A program made the translations under genes and the position numbers. A model generated the notes under the pieces. That model did not search any database and had not been told where the DNA came from. It worked only from the letters and a program-made list of their open reading frames with translations. A stretch of DNA of 64,000 nucleotides from Azolla caroliniana (taxonomy: Eukaryota; Plantae; Polypodiophyta): the NCBI GenBank assembly GCA_043228905.1, contig JBHGNT010000017.1:14508001-14572000 (forward strand), written 5' to 3'. Of the stretch, positions 36,401 through 48,643 are shown in pieces (position 1 is the stretch's first letter; each line of letters starts with the position of its first letter).

Positions 36401-39400
36401 TGTCTTCCAGTGTATAAATTTAAAAACTAGAAAGACATAACCCTATCCTGTGTATAAATTTAAAAACAAACATCAGTTCTTGCCTGGTAAGCTTCTTCAT
36501 ACTTCAGCGCTACAGGTTGCGGCTCATCATCTACTCCTGGCTTCTCCAAATCTTCAAGGGTTGCATCAGGATTTGTTTTCCAAAGTTCCTCAACCTTGTT
36601 TATTTGTTGTGCGCTTATTTGTCTGGCTCGGAGCTGTTCCTGCTCAGTAGGCACCTGTAGTGTACCATATGAAGTAGAGTGTTTTCATGTTAACATTACG
36701 TAGACTCTAAATCCAATACATGAAGTTCACAGGTGTATATATCAACTTCTTTGTTTACAAGAGAATGTTGTACATTTAGACTTTTTAAAATCGACACTAA
36801 CCTTCACAAGCCACTGTAAAAAGCAACGATCATCAATCAATGGTTGCCATTGACTGAGATCCCAGTTCATATCCTTCAATGCCCCAACATTCAGACAGGG
36901 CTCACGACATAATAGCACGACAACACTCTCTGATTTCGCAGATATAAAACCAAGGAGAAATACATTCCTGCACCCACAATTATAGCACTCCAGTGTAGTT
37001 TCTCCAAGTGGACTATCTTTGTGCAGACACACTTCTTTGTGCTTCGCTCGAACCTGCAAACATATCGATAAACTCAATTTAAGATTACCCACAAAGTGTT
37101 CTATGAATTTTAGAAGCATTATCTCCTTGCTTTCCAAGAGAACGTCTCAATGTAGAAGAATAAATGAAACACCAGAAAACCTACAGGTGCATTAGCTTTA
37201 GACAATATTTAGGAAAACAACTGAGAAGACTCTTTACCATCTTGCTCATTAAGAAACAATTAATCCCAGTAGTGGAAGACAACAGCTCTCAAAATAAGGA
37301 TGTGTCACAGACATCAGGCATGAGGACATTCAATATCAAATACTCGTATCCCATTTAATTTTACCATGGAACACAAAAGGCAATATTAAGTGATAGATTT
37401 CTAGGGCTACAACTAGTACATTTGTTACCAAAATTCTAGAAACAATTATTCAATGTAAGGTTATGAAAGCCCTGTTTTACCTGCTGACCCATAAGAAAGT
37501 TATATTTCTAAGCTCCATTGACACTGCCCAGGCTTTCTGGCAGCCAGCTAATGTAATGGCGTATTGAATCAATATGAGGAATCTGTACATCTAAATTGAC
37601 CAGCCATATATATGCAAGACAATGCCTTGCATGGCTTGTATGTGAATAACTATGGCTTTATAAAAAAAAATGAAGACAAGCATGTACAACTCAGAAAAGA
37701 AAAACAATATTTAGATAGACATATAAGAAGACAATTCTGAACACTAAAGTTCATAGGATGTCTTTGAAGCAAAATGATGGGTTTAAATTTAAAAATTGTC
37801 TCAGAACTAGTCTATTGAGACGATTCGAAATTCTAGTCCAGAAACCTAATCCTTAAGATGTATAGCAATATATAACAATCCAGAAAATACCCTGACAAAT
37901 ACAGGTTCAGCTAGAGATATACAGTGAAAATAGACTCATATTCTCCATCACTAATACTTTAGAGAAACACAGAATAGACATACAGTGAGTAATCCGAGCT
38001 TGTTGGATATATTTATGTTCTCCTTTATTACTACTGAAGAAGACAATTTCACGAAAGCAGAGCTGGCAATGACTGAATTTATTCAATAAAGACAGAAAAA
38101 AGTTTCTGGAATAGAGTTATATCCTCCTGTTTTCGATGGCAAGCAACACAAACCAAGCTCAGAATGACAATTTTATCAGCTAAGGACAGGAATAATGACT
38201 ACTTGATACAGTGGGCCAAAACTAAAACTAAAAACCGATGCTGAAACTATTAAGAATCAGAAGCAGGAAAATACATATCAATACACAAAAGAAAAAATAG
38301 CTGGTGATAGAACTCAGCGCAATAACTTATAAGATGATTGGCAAACCAGAGGCTAGGAAAAACACACGTACACCACAAACGTAGAGCTAGATTGAAAACC
38401 CTTCGGTTCTAGAGACCAAACCCTTTCAATATTTAAACCTTTAAAGAGGGAAAACAGATGCTATCCATCTTCAAAAAGAGATCAAATGAGGAAAGAACTA
38501 ATGTATGACTGATTGTATGACAACTAGAACAAAGGAAAAAGACACTGCCTTACACACAAACACACCATAGAATCCTCTGATATATGAGAACAATAAGAAA
38601 GAAAGAAATGCATCTTTTAACACTAATGGACAACAGTAAATAACAAGACAACGGATCATAACACTGACTTCCTGTAGAATCATACATAAGATGATTGGTG
38701 GTGATATGTGAAACAAACAGATTCTGAGTTAAGACAAAATACATCTATTCACAATAACAAGCTGAGTACAGAAGTAGTATTACCAGATGATTGACGATGT
38801 GTGAGCCAGACGTATTTCCTCTAGAGTTGCAGAACCATTTGCGGCAAGCAGGGAAGTTGCATCGAACAATACACGCAGGATTATGGATTCCACAGTATTT
38901 GCAAGCATGTTCAGGGAGGTCCCTCTTCGAATACTCATGAGCATCGTCGTCATGAGTATCCTCGAAGGCGAGCTCACTGATGCCGGTGGATATGGCAGAA
39001 ATATGCTGCTGCTGCTGCTGGCTCATACTCAGGCCGGAATTAGGGTTGAGGTTAGGGTTAGGGTTAGGGCTGAGGCTAGGGTTGGGGTTGAGGTTGAGGT
39101 TGGGGTTAGGGCTAGGGTTACGTGCAGAGGATGGATCGATGAGGGAAGGATCCATGGAAAGGGAGGCGAGGTCCGAGGTATGGGAGAGAAGCTCGTGTGC
39201 ATCAGGGAGGTGGGGGTGGAGGTTCCAAGCTGCAGGAGGGGGAGGGGGCAAAGGGGGAGGATAGTCGAAATCGTCTCCCTGCGTGTTGAATTCCAAGAAG
39301 GTGTAAGCATCAGAGGAAGGATCATAGAGGCCTCCTACTCCTCCTCCTCCATTGTTGCTGTTGCTGTTGCTGTTGCTTGTGGTGCTGCTGCTGTTGTTGT

Positions 39401-39440
39401 TGTTTCTGTTAGAGGTGGGGGAGACGGCTTGTTTCGCCAT
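30424..39440 (-). CDS. UPF1: Regulator of nonsense transcripts 1 (UPF1), NMD SF1 RNA helicase; 29 coding exons
   Basis: CH domain ([11 protein letters not shown]...[24 protein letters not shown]), Walker [45 protein letters not shown]-rich tail ending MQYNG*. Exons: 39440-38784, 37053-36802, 36654-36484, 36332-36282, 36200-36108, 35830-35735, 35470-35420, 35345-35227, 35142-35034, 34461-34339, 34249-34178, 34105-34034, 33925-33859, 33782-33640, 33557-33486, 33399-33271, 33182-33027, 32900-32787, 32705-32607, 32525-32448, 32368-32234, 32128-32054, 31974-31839, 31744-31374, 31281-31219, 31085-31014, 30935-30804, 30723-30616, 30534-30424. Confidence 0.97.
39040..39120. repeat. Telomere-like hexamer array (TTAGGG/TGAGGT variants) encoding an Asn-Pro repeat in UPF1 exon 1
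   Basis: TAGGGTTGAGGTTAGGGTTAGGGTTAGGG... encodes [27 protein letters not shown]. Confidence 0.85.
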
Positions 39441-39549
39441 GGCTGCTCTGTGTATGTATGTATGTTCGGATGTATCTCTGTGTATGTATCTGCGTGGGGA
39501 GGAGAAGAAGCAGAAGCAGAAGAAGAGCTCGCTATGTCTGTGTCTGTGC

Positions 39550-39675
39550 AGAAGAAGATGAAGATGAAGATGAAGAAGAAGAAGAAGAAGAAGAAGAGAA
39601 GAGAGAGAAGGACTGTTTTTATTTGTTCCTTGTTTTGCACGGAGACAATATACATACATACATATGTATGTAAAA

Positions 39676-39712
<37 letters not shown>

Positions 39713-39755
39713 GAATGAATGAATGAATGAAAGAAAATGAGAGAGAGAGAGAGAA
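39550..39755. repeat. Microsatellite cluster (GAA)n, (CT)n, (ATGA)n, (GA)n in the UPF1 5' UTR/promoter
   Basis: Directly visible upstream of the UPF1 ATG. Confidence 0.9.
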
Positions 39756-39812
39756 GGGTTTCACACTTGTCCGCCCAAACTCACACAACAACACCACACA
39801 CAGGGTAGGATA

Positions 39813-39945
39813 GGGCAGGCTAGGGCGGTTTCATCACCATCACCTCACCTGCAACAAGGCAGGCTAGGGCGGCTTCATCGGCATCACCTGACCTGCAACA
39901 GGTACGGCCAAGGCGGCTTCATCGGCATCACCCGACCTGCAACAA
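39813..39945. repeat. Tandem repeat, 3 copies of about 44 bp, upstream of UPF1
   Basis: GGC(T/C)A(G/A)GGCGGYTTCATC..CATCACC..ACCTGCAACA occurs three times. Confidence 0.88.
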
Positions 39946-39999
39946 CACGGGCACTGTCCACGAAGACGGACAAACCTGAAAAAAGTATCATTGTCAAAA

Positions 40000-40401
40000 G
40001 TCTATATGTATGCTAAATGTGGTACAGCGGAAAAAGTTACGTAAGTGTTTGATTAGCTTCAAGTACAAAATACTATATCACAAACCACATTGCTGGTATG
40101 CTAGTAGACATGTATGCTAAATGTGGTACAGCGGAAAAAGTTACGTAAGTGTTTGATTAGCTTCAAGTGCAAAATACTATATCACAAACCACATTGATGG
40201 TATGTTATGTACATGGTGGTGATCATTGCTTAGTTGAGAAGGAGTGCGACAAGCATGCTTCCATTCTGATGATGTTCCATTTGTTAATTTATTTTAACAT
40301 GCAACCATGATATAGGATCTCGTACATGGTGTGGTTCGATGTATGTTTTAAGTCAATGAGTAACGATTATTCCATTAAGCTTAAGGTTGAGCATTGCAAC
40401 T
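40000..40401 (+). pseudogene. PPR-DYW pseudogene, segment 1 (PLS repeats; one motif tandemly duplicated, 104 bp)
   Basis: LVDMYAKCGTAEKVT*VFD*LQVQNTIS.TTL..Y matches the PLS-type consensus LVDMYAKCG.LE.A..VFD. The segment ends IKLKVEHCN at the A3 TSD. Confidence 0.8.
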
Positions 40402-43400
40402 TGTTAAGAGACAAGCTCAACATCGGCCGGTTTGGCTGAAGAAGCCGAGGTCCGGATCGGTTGGGACCGATCGGTTAGGCCGAGTGCGTAAACCGGGAGG
40501 TCGTTAGGAAAGATATTCCGTGAGGAATATATTTGGGAGTTAGTGTAGGAGCTCTTAATGAGCATTGAAGTATTGTCAGTACTTCAGTCAGTCCTTCTAG
40601 GGCTTGTATAAAAGTGTTCACTAAGCACGTCTTATGTACAAACTGAGCACTATTATTGAATATAGTGTTTTGTGTTTCTCTCTCTGTCTCTCCCGCGTAT
40701 ACTGCGTAAGCCCAAGCTCTCCATTAAACCTGAGTTTCCTCTCTTCTGTTCGGTCTTCATACTTGCTTCCGCACATTTCTTTTTACATGGTATCAGAGCG
40801 CGAGGGTTGAGAACCTCTCTGCAGCCGACACAGCTTGACGAAGAAGAACGAGAAGAACGATGGATAGAGGCATGGCGAGCTCGCTTCCAACATAGAAGCT
40901 CAACAGAACCAACTACGCGTCTTGGTCCTACAAGATGCACCAGTACCTGCTCGGGCACGGCTACTGGAGTTATGTCGAAGGAGCTAATGACGCGGCACCC
41001 GAATCGACACACAGAGACTTCCCGTCGTGGGAGCAATTGGCGAGTAGGGTACTATACTGCTTCGCATCGTGTGTGGGCGAACAACTATTGAGCTATGTTC
41101 GGGATGCAAAGACGCCGAAGGGTGTGTGGGAAAATCTGAAGAAGATTTTCGCCACGAGCACCACAGCCAGGAAGCTTCAGCTCCGACAGGAGTTGAGCAA
41201 CCTATGACAACGCGACTTGTCGGTGGCGGACTATACCTTAAAGATCAAGGATATCTGCGACTCCCTCGCCTCCATAGAGGTGAACATCGAGGAGAGCGAG
41301 ATGGTCCAGATCTGTCTCAGAGGTTTGGCGTCGAAGTTCGGAGCGTTTCGAATGGCTGTGTGTACCCGGGAGAATACGCCGTCCTTTTTTGACTTATAGT
41401 CAATGCTCCTGGTAGAGGAGAATCACGCGGGTGCGTCTACAAGCACGCACACCGACAATAGAATGTTGTACGCGGAGGGAGATAGGCCCCGTGGACGTGG
41501 AGGATGAGGCGAGTCGGCGCGCAATGGAGGCGGCCGACGAGATCAAGGAAGAAGGCATCGAAGTGATGCCGACAGCAACTCCGGACCCTCCGGAAACAGG
41601 GGAGTCGAAGCGATGAGAACCGGCAAGGGAAGTCCATCGCGGAGTGTTGGTACTGTGGCAAGAAAGGCCACAAGGAAAGTGAGTGCTGGAAGAAGCGTGC
41701 CGATTCGGAGAGAAATGGCTCCAGAAATACCGACAAGGGAAATCGGCAGCAATCGCACTACGCCGAAGACTCCGGGAGAGCCGGAGAAGGGTCTGTCTTC
41801 GTGACGAGACACGAAGCAAACTCAATGAAACAGAGCACCCCGAGATCGGGCGAGGTGTGGTACGTAGACTCCGGCGCGTCAAACCACATGACGAGCCATA
41901 AGGAGTGGTTCTCGTACCTTGAAAAACCGATACAACCGTGTGATTGCGCAAGGGCGCAAAGACAGGAGGATTTTCATCCTCGACTCCACTGACGGCGGCA
42001 CCGCAATGTTCGCGAAGGGACAAAAGACCGAGTCGGACATCGACTTGTGGCACAAGCGGATAGGCCACGTCAACCACCAACGGCTTCAAGATCTGCAATC
42101 GAAACAGGTAGCATTCGGATTGCCCAAATTTAGTGGCCGAAAGGCACAAATTTGTGAAGCCTGCCAGCTCGGGAAGCAACACCGATTTCCTTTCCCCAAC
42201 GAGCGAAATCGGAGCCGGAATAAGCTCGACCTTATACACTCCGATGTATGGGGGCCGACACAAAACGTTAGTCTTGGCGGGAGCTGATATTTCGTCTCCT
42301 TCATCGACGACCACACGCGGCACACGTGGATCTACCTCATTGAGAGGAAGAGCGAGGTCTTCGACTGTTTCCGGGACCTCAAAGGGTTCGTGGAAGCCGA
42401 AACGGGACGAAAGATCAAGTGCTTGCGGTCAGATGGCGGGAAAGAGTACTTTTCCGGTCAATTCAACGGTTATCTACAACAAATGGGAATTCGACGCGAA
42501 TTCAGTTGTAGATACACGCCAGAGCAGAACGGCGTGGCCGAGAGAAAGAATCGGTCAGTTGTGGAAGCGGCACGGGCAATGCTGGAGGAGAAGAGCTTGC
42601 CCAAGTTCTACTGGGCCGAGGCGGTAAGGACCGCGGTATACATCCAGAACCGGATCGGAGAAAAAGTGTCGGCGCACGAGCTATATTTCGGAACGAAGCC
42701 GAACTTGCGACACTTGAGGGTGTTCGGTAGCATTGCGTATGTGCATGTACCGAAGGAGAAAAGGAGGAAGCTGGACGCAAAGGCCGAGAAGTGCATCTTG
42801 GTCGGTTACTCGGACGAGCAGAAGGGTTATAAGTGTTATAACCCTCGCACCAAACAAGCGCGTGTCAGCCGCGGCGTTGTGTTTGACGAGTCCGCGTCCT
42901 GGTACCTGCCCCCGACTCGGAACCCCAACTCCAATCCGAGCTCTGACGATGAGGTCAGCGAGGCCGAGATGCCTCCGGATGAGCCCGAAATCAAGACCCG
43001 CGAAGAGAGTCCGATTTCACTCCGATTAAGTGGACCGATTGGACGACTGAGTCGGTACGACCAGTCCGATGAAGAGCCGGCGAGTAGTGGAGACTCGGCC
43101 GCGCATTCCCCGCGCAGGAGGCCGAGGAGACAACTTACGCGCAAAGAGAAAGGGAAGAAGAAGGTGTCGGATTCCGGCACGGATAAGAACGAGTCAGACC
43201 GACGCGAGTCCGACTCCGAGGGAACCGGTGACGGGACTTTAAAGGTGAAGTTCGCGTCGACCGAGAAGGCCTCGACATCAGCTGATGTGAGATTACGCCG
43301 ATCTACCCGCCAAAAGAACCCAGTTGTGTGGTTCGGATACAACGAGTACGTGGCGCATCATTATGCGTACATGACCCGTGTAGCAGAAGTGCGTGAGCCG

Positions 43401-45844
43401 GAGAGCTACGCAGAAGCGGCTAAAGACGCGAATTGGCGTGCCGCAATGGAGGAAGAGATGCACGCATTGGCGGAGAACGAGACCTGGGACCTGGTTGACG
43501 CACCGAAGGGTGTGAAGCCGATCGGGTGTAGGTGGGTGTACAAGGTCAAGTACAACACCGATGGCTCGGTCAACCGATACAAGGCTCGGATGGTGGCAAA
43601 GGGCTACGCGCAGAAACACGACATCGACTACGATGAGATGTTTGCGCCGGTCGCGAAAATGACGACCGTCCGTGTTTTGCTCGCGGTAGCCGCGGCCAAG
43701 GGGTGGCACTTACATCAGATGGATGTAAAGAATGCGTTCTTGCAAGGTGACCTTGAGGAATAGGTGTACATGGTACAACCCCCCGGATTTCACTCTAGAA
43801 CGAACTCCTCGGCAATATGCCGACTGAAAAAGTCCCTTTACGGACTGAAGCAAGCCCCGCGTGCCTGGAACGCGAAGATCACGCAACAACTGCGTCGGTT
43901 GGGCTTCGTCACGTCAAAATCGGACTCTTCCTTGTTCATCTGGAAAGGTCGACTCGGACCGGTTAGTATTTTACTATATGTTGATGACTTGGTCATCACC
44001 GGCGCTGACCTAGGTGAAATCGACCGCGTGAAGCTCCAGCTTGCGGCATCGTTCGACATGAAGGATCTGGGGGACCTTCATTACTTCCTCGGGATCGAAG
44101 TGATCCGTACCCCCGAAGGCATATTGATCAACCAACGTCACTACGTGCTGAGTATGCTCCTCAAATTCGGGATGGCCGACTGTAAGTCCGTCTCGACTCC
44201 TCTGGACAGAACCATCAAGCTTTGTCCCGATACGGGAAAGGTATGCGACCCGACGAGGTTCCGACAAATTGTCGGTAGCCTCATATACTTGACCATCACC
44301 CGACCCGACCTGAGTTATCCGGTCGGCGTGATCAGTCAGTTCATGGCGCGACCTACCGAGGAGCACCTTCAGTGTGCGCAACATGTACTGCAGTACGTAA
44401 GCGGCACTAAGGACCACGGACTGCTATATCGGACCGGTGCAACTGAGTTGTTAGTCGGCTACACCGATGCTGATTGGGCTGGCAACGCCGCCGATCGTCG
44501 ATCCATGTCCGGATACGCGTTCTCCCTCGGGAGTGTCGCGATCGCGTGGAGCAGTAAGAAGCAGCCGACAGTTGCTCTGTCGAGCACTGAAGCTGAGTAC
44601 CGAGGAGCAGCTGTCGCGACATGTGAAGCCATATGGTTGAAGCGGCTACTTAAGGACCTGCAAGAGGAGGTGTCAGATCCGACGACGCTCTACTGCGACA
44701 ACCTCAGCAGCATCTAGCTCGCGAAGAACCCCGTCTTCCACGCACGGACCAAGCACATTGAGGTGCACTACCATTTCGTCCGTGAGCGTGTCCTTTCCGG
44801 TGAAGTCGAACTTCAGTACGTTCCGACGGATCGGCAGACTGCTGACATCTTCACCAAGCCTCTTGGTCTGGACAAGTTGCAGCAATTCTTAGGTGCGCTC
44901 GGGTTGCGTCACCTCGACGTGCCAAACTTGAGGGGGAGAACATTCCCGAACGACCAAGCAAGGCAACAGGAAAGGAGCGGAGACCGCGACACCGAGTCGG
45001 TTGACAAGTTCGACATCGGATTGGCTGAAGAAGCCGTTGGCGAACCCGCGGAAAAGTTCGGAAGCGGATAGAAGGGGAGCAGCCGAAGGAGAGAGCCGAA
45101 GCCAACCACGCATGAGGGAGATGACGCCATCGAGGGTGAGAAGACCGAAGACGAGTTGGAGACAGCCAACTCGGACGAGAGCGAAAACCGATCGGAGGTA
45201 GCCGAGTCGGTTCGGATGTTTGATTCAGACACGCTGAATCAACCGAGGCCCAAGCGGAAGAAAAGGCAGCAGGAGAAGCGTCAACACCGCAACAACAGAA
45301 GAGCTGATAAGGGCCGCATGAGCAGACAAGCTGACCGGAAGGGTCGAAGCGCGCGGAGTCGAACAGGTCGAGGAGCGCGAGCGAGGCGTGAAGCCAGGAG
45401 GAACCGAAGCTGTGAGCCCGAGGATCCCGAAGAGCCTCAAGTTGAGCTTGAGGGGGAGTGTTGAGAGACAAGCTCAACATCGGCCGGTTCGGCTGAAGAA
45501 GCCGAGGTCCAGATCGGTTGGGACCGATCGGTTAGGCTGAGTGCGTAAACCGGGAGGTCGTTAGGAAAGATATTCCGTGAGGAATATATTTGGGAGTTAG
45601 TGTAGGAGCTCTTAATGAGCATTGAAGTACTGTCAGTACTTCAGTCAGTCCTTCTAGGGCTTGTATAAAAGTGTTCACTAAGCACGTCTTATGTACAGAC
45701 TGAGCACTATTATTGAATATAGTATTTTGTGTTTCTCTCTCTGTCTCTCCCGCGTATACTGCGTAAGCCCAAGCTCTCCATTAAACCTGAGTTTCCTCTC
45801 TTCTGTTCGGTCCTCATACTTGCTTCCGCACGTTTCTTTTTACA
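40402..45844 (+). mobile_element. Ty1/copia family A element A3; full length, defective
   Basis: LTRs at 40402-40787 and 45459-45844 (about 9 differences in 386 bp), TSD CAACT, Met PBS at 40788, PPT at 45448-45458, small deletion in the PR region at about 41935. Confidence 0.97.
40860..45464 (+). pseudogene. A3 gag-pol with a C-terminal extension
   Basis: ORF pieces 40935-41399, 41919-42287, 42390-43763, 43764-44717, 44763-45071 and 45156-45464 carry INT, RT and RH motifs. Confidence 0.92.
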
Positions 45845-46040
45845 CAACTCTATGCTCGATTTGTTCAACAATGTTAGATTAATAAACCAAGCTAAATATT
45901 TACTAGAAATCATCCCATGTAATAGGAGTATCATACAATGGAGATCACAATGTCTTAAATATTGGAAAGAGATGCTTGGACCATATATTTGAACTTGGAT
46001 GTTGCAAGTGCTGTTGGATATGTCTTCATGTGTAGCATAT
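45845..46040 (+). pseudogene. PPR-DYW pseudogene, segment 2 (S2-E1-E2 motifs)
   Basis: NSMLDLFNNVRLINQAKYLLEIIP...WRS...NIGKRCLDHIFELG...SAVGYVFMCSI continues in register across the CAACT TSD. Confidence 0.8.
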
Positions 46041-47877
46041 TGTAAAAACAAAGGTGCGGAAGCGTCAGACAAACCGGCCTCGCCGGATAGCAACAGAGAG
46101 AGAGAGAGAGATTAACACACAGAGTGTATGCGGGAGAGACAGAGAATGAGCAGAACGTTAAAAATCTACTACAAAAAACAATAGATAGTTCTCTGTAAAT
46201 GCTCTCTATATACAGTGTGCTCAACAACACTATTTATGCAAGTCCTAAGAGGACTGATAGAAGTACGGTGTACTTCAATGCTCACACGAGCGTTTGACAC
46301 TAACTACGAGACATTAACTACCTAATAGTCTAGGCTGCTACTAGGCTTCCGGTTACTGTTTGATCTAGCTCGCCGGCTCGCCAATTTGTCTCACTGATCC
46401 GGATCCGGTTGAGCTTGCTGCTCAATACTCCCCCTCAAGTTCAACTTGAGGTCGGATCGTAGTGTCAATCTCCATGGCAGCCAGTTCTTCCACCCGGCTC
46501 CTCCTGGTGTCGCTCCGCCTCGCTCGCACTCCTTGTCCGGTCTAGTCTCGTTTGCCGCAACCCCTTTGGTTATGCACGCCTCGACCTCCTCGATCGGCTT
46601 GTCTGCTCAACAGGCCCAATTCAGCTCCCTCGCAGTTGTGACTCCGGCGCTTGTTGACCCGTCGATTCCTCTGTGTTGGCGTCGACTTCCGTCACCTTCT
46701 CGTCCGCTTGGCCTTCAGTTGATCTGGTTCTTCTAAATCCGTTAGTTGAACCGAATCCGTTTGTCTCCAACTCGTTCCAGCTCTTGTCCGAATCAATCAC
46801 TACTGATTCTTCTTCTGATTCCAGGCCCTTCACCACATCGAACCATGTCTGGGTCTTGGCCTTTTTCTTTCGGTCGGTTTTGTCCTTCTTGACTCTATCG
46901 CTGCTACCGCTTGCTCCGACTAGTTCGGATGTGTTGACTTCCTTTGTCGACTCGGTTTCCTTTTCCTTCTTGTCTCTCCCTTTGTCGGTTCTTCCCTCAC
47001 CGGCGCAATCGGCAGTGTCTTTGCCTTTGCTCGTTCTCCCCCTCAAGTGTGGCACGTCGAGATGCTAAACACCAAGCATTTCGATGAAGTGTTGCAACTT
47101 GTCTAATCCGAGCGGTTTGGTGAAGATGTCAGCAACTTGCCGATCCATATGAACATACCAAAGTTTGACTTCACCGCTCAGGACACGCTCACGCACGAAG
47201 TGGTAGTGCACTTCTATGTGCTTTGTGCGGGCATGGAATACAAGGTTCTTGGCAAGCTGCATGCTGCTTATGTTGTCGCAGTAGATTAGGATCAGGGTCG
47301 GCACCTCGATCCGCAAGTCTTGCAACAATCGTCGAAGCCAAATGGCTTCATAGCTGGCAACAATAGCACCCCGATATTTAGCCTCAGTGCTCGAAAGGGC
47401 CACTGATGGCTGCTTTTTGCTGCTCCACGCAATAGCCGCGCTACCAAGGGAAAACATGTAACCAGAGGTGGATCAGCGATTCGACGCATCGCCGGCCCAG
47501 TCGGCATCGGTGTAGCTGACTAGCTCTTTGGTTATACCATGCCGGTTTAACAATCCCCGGTCCTTCGTGCCGCTCACATATCGCAAAATTCGATGCGCAC
47601 ACAGAAGGTGCTCCACGGTCGGCTTCTGCATATATTGGCTGATCACGCCGACCGGATAACTGATGTCGGGTCGGGTGATTGTCAAATATATAAGGCTTTC
47701 GACGATTTGTCGGAACCGTTTCTCATCGCAGGCCGGTCCAGAGTCGGGACGGAGCTTCTGGTTCCGGTCTAGGGGTGTGGAGATCGGTCGGCATTCCGTC
47801 ATGCCAAACTTGTACAACATATTCAACACATAATGCCTTTGTGAGAGCAATATATGTTAGGAAACAGGTCCCTTCGA

Positions 47878-48170
47878 ATGGTGAAGACCTAGTGAGAACC
47901 GGATGAAGAGTACCCGACTACGGAGAGCCGGATGGTGTCGACCCGGTGAGAACCGGATGAGGAGTACCCGACTACGGAGAGCCGGACGGTGAAGACTCGA
48001 TGAGAACCGGATGAAGAGTACCCAACTACGGAGAGCCGGATGGTGTAGACCCGGTTAGAACCGGATGAGGAATACCCAACTACGGAAGACCTGGTGAGAA
48101 CCGGATGAGGAGTACCCGACAAGAGCCGGATGGTGAAGGCCCGGTGAGAAGTGCTCACTGGATGAAGAGA
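47878..48170. repeat. About 54-bp tandem repeats in the U3 of the B2 5' LTR (also 53148-53410)
   Basis: Unit GATGGTGAAGACCCGGTGAGAACCGGATGAGGAGTACCCGACTACGGAGAGCCG, about 5.5 copies. Confidence 0.92.
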
Positions 48171-48643
48171 CATATTCGTAAATATGTTTCTGAGAGTCCA
48201 TTGTGGCTATATTTGTAAATAGCCGAAAAGTCATATTAGTATAAATATGACTTAGGGCAAACTTTATAGATAGATGTTGTTATTCTTGTTTGCGCAAGAT
48301 CAGAGCGCGTAACTGTGTACAGAGAGAGAGAGAGAGAGGAAGAGGTCATTGCCTCTGTTGTAACCGCCGCCTGTGACGAAGATAGAAAGCTCGAGGTTGT
48401 TGCCTCGGTGCTTTACTATTGTACATTTTAACATAGTGATAGTTTGCAGCCTGTGGGCTGCCGTGGTTTTTCCCTAGTTTGGGTTTTCCACGTAAACATC
48501 CTGTGTACTCTTCTCTTCATTGTGTCGTGCATTCATTCCCGTTTTTTTTCTGTGTATGATTCTAAGCTCGGTTGTGGCCGAGCGTAGCGCATAGGGGGTG
48601 TGTAGTTCCTGTCAAGTGGTATCAAAGTGAAACGACATAGAAA

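Noticed and set aside
39040-39120. Interstitial telomere or fusion scar
   Set aside because: Short, degenerate and inside a coding exon, so better explained as Asn-Pro codon slippage.
38745-39797. 350-aa ORF as an N-terminally extended UPF1, and antisense ORF 38883-39722
   Set aside because: The upstream part is translated microsatellite. The ATG at 39440 has a strong context (GCCATGG). Upstream ATGs near 39655 cannot be called uORFs without a TSS.
47889-48173. Antisense repeat peptide (TIRLSVVGYSSSGSHR)n, also 52956-53417
   Set aside because: By-product of a 54-bp (18-codon) LTR repeat. No evidence of expression.
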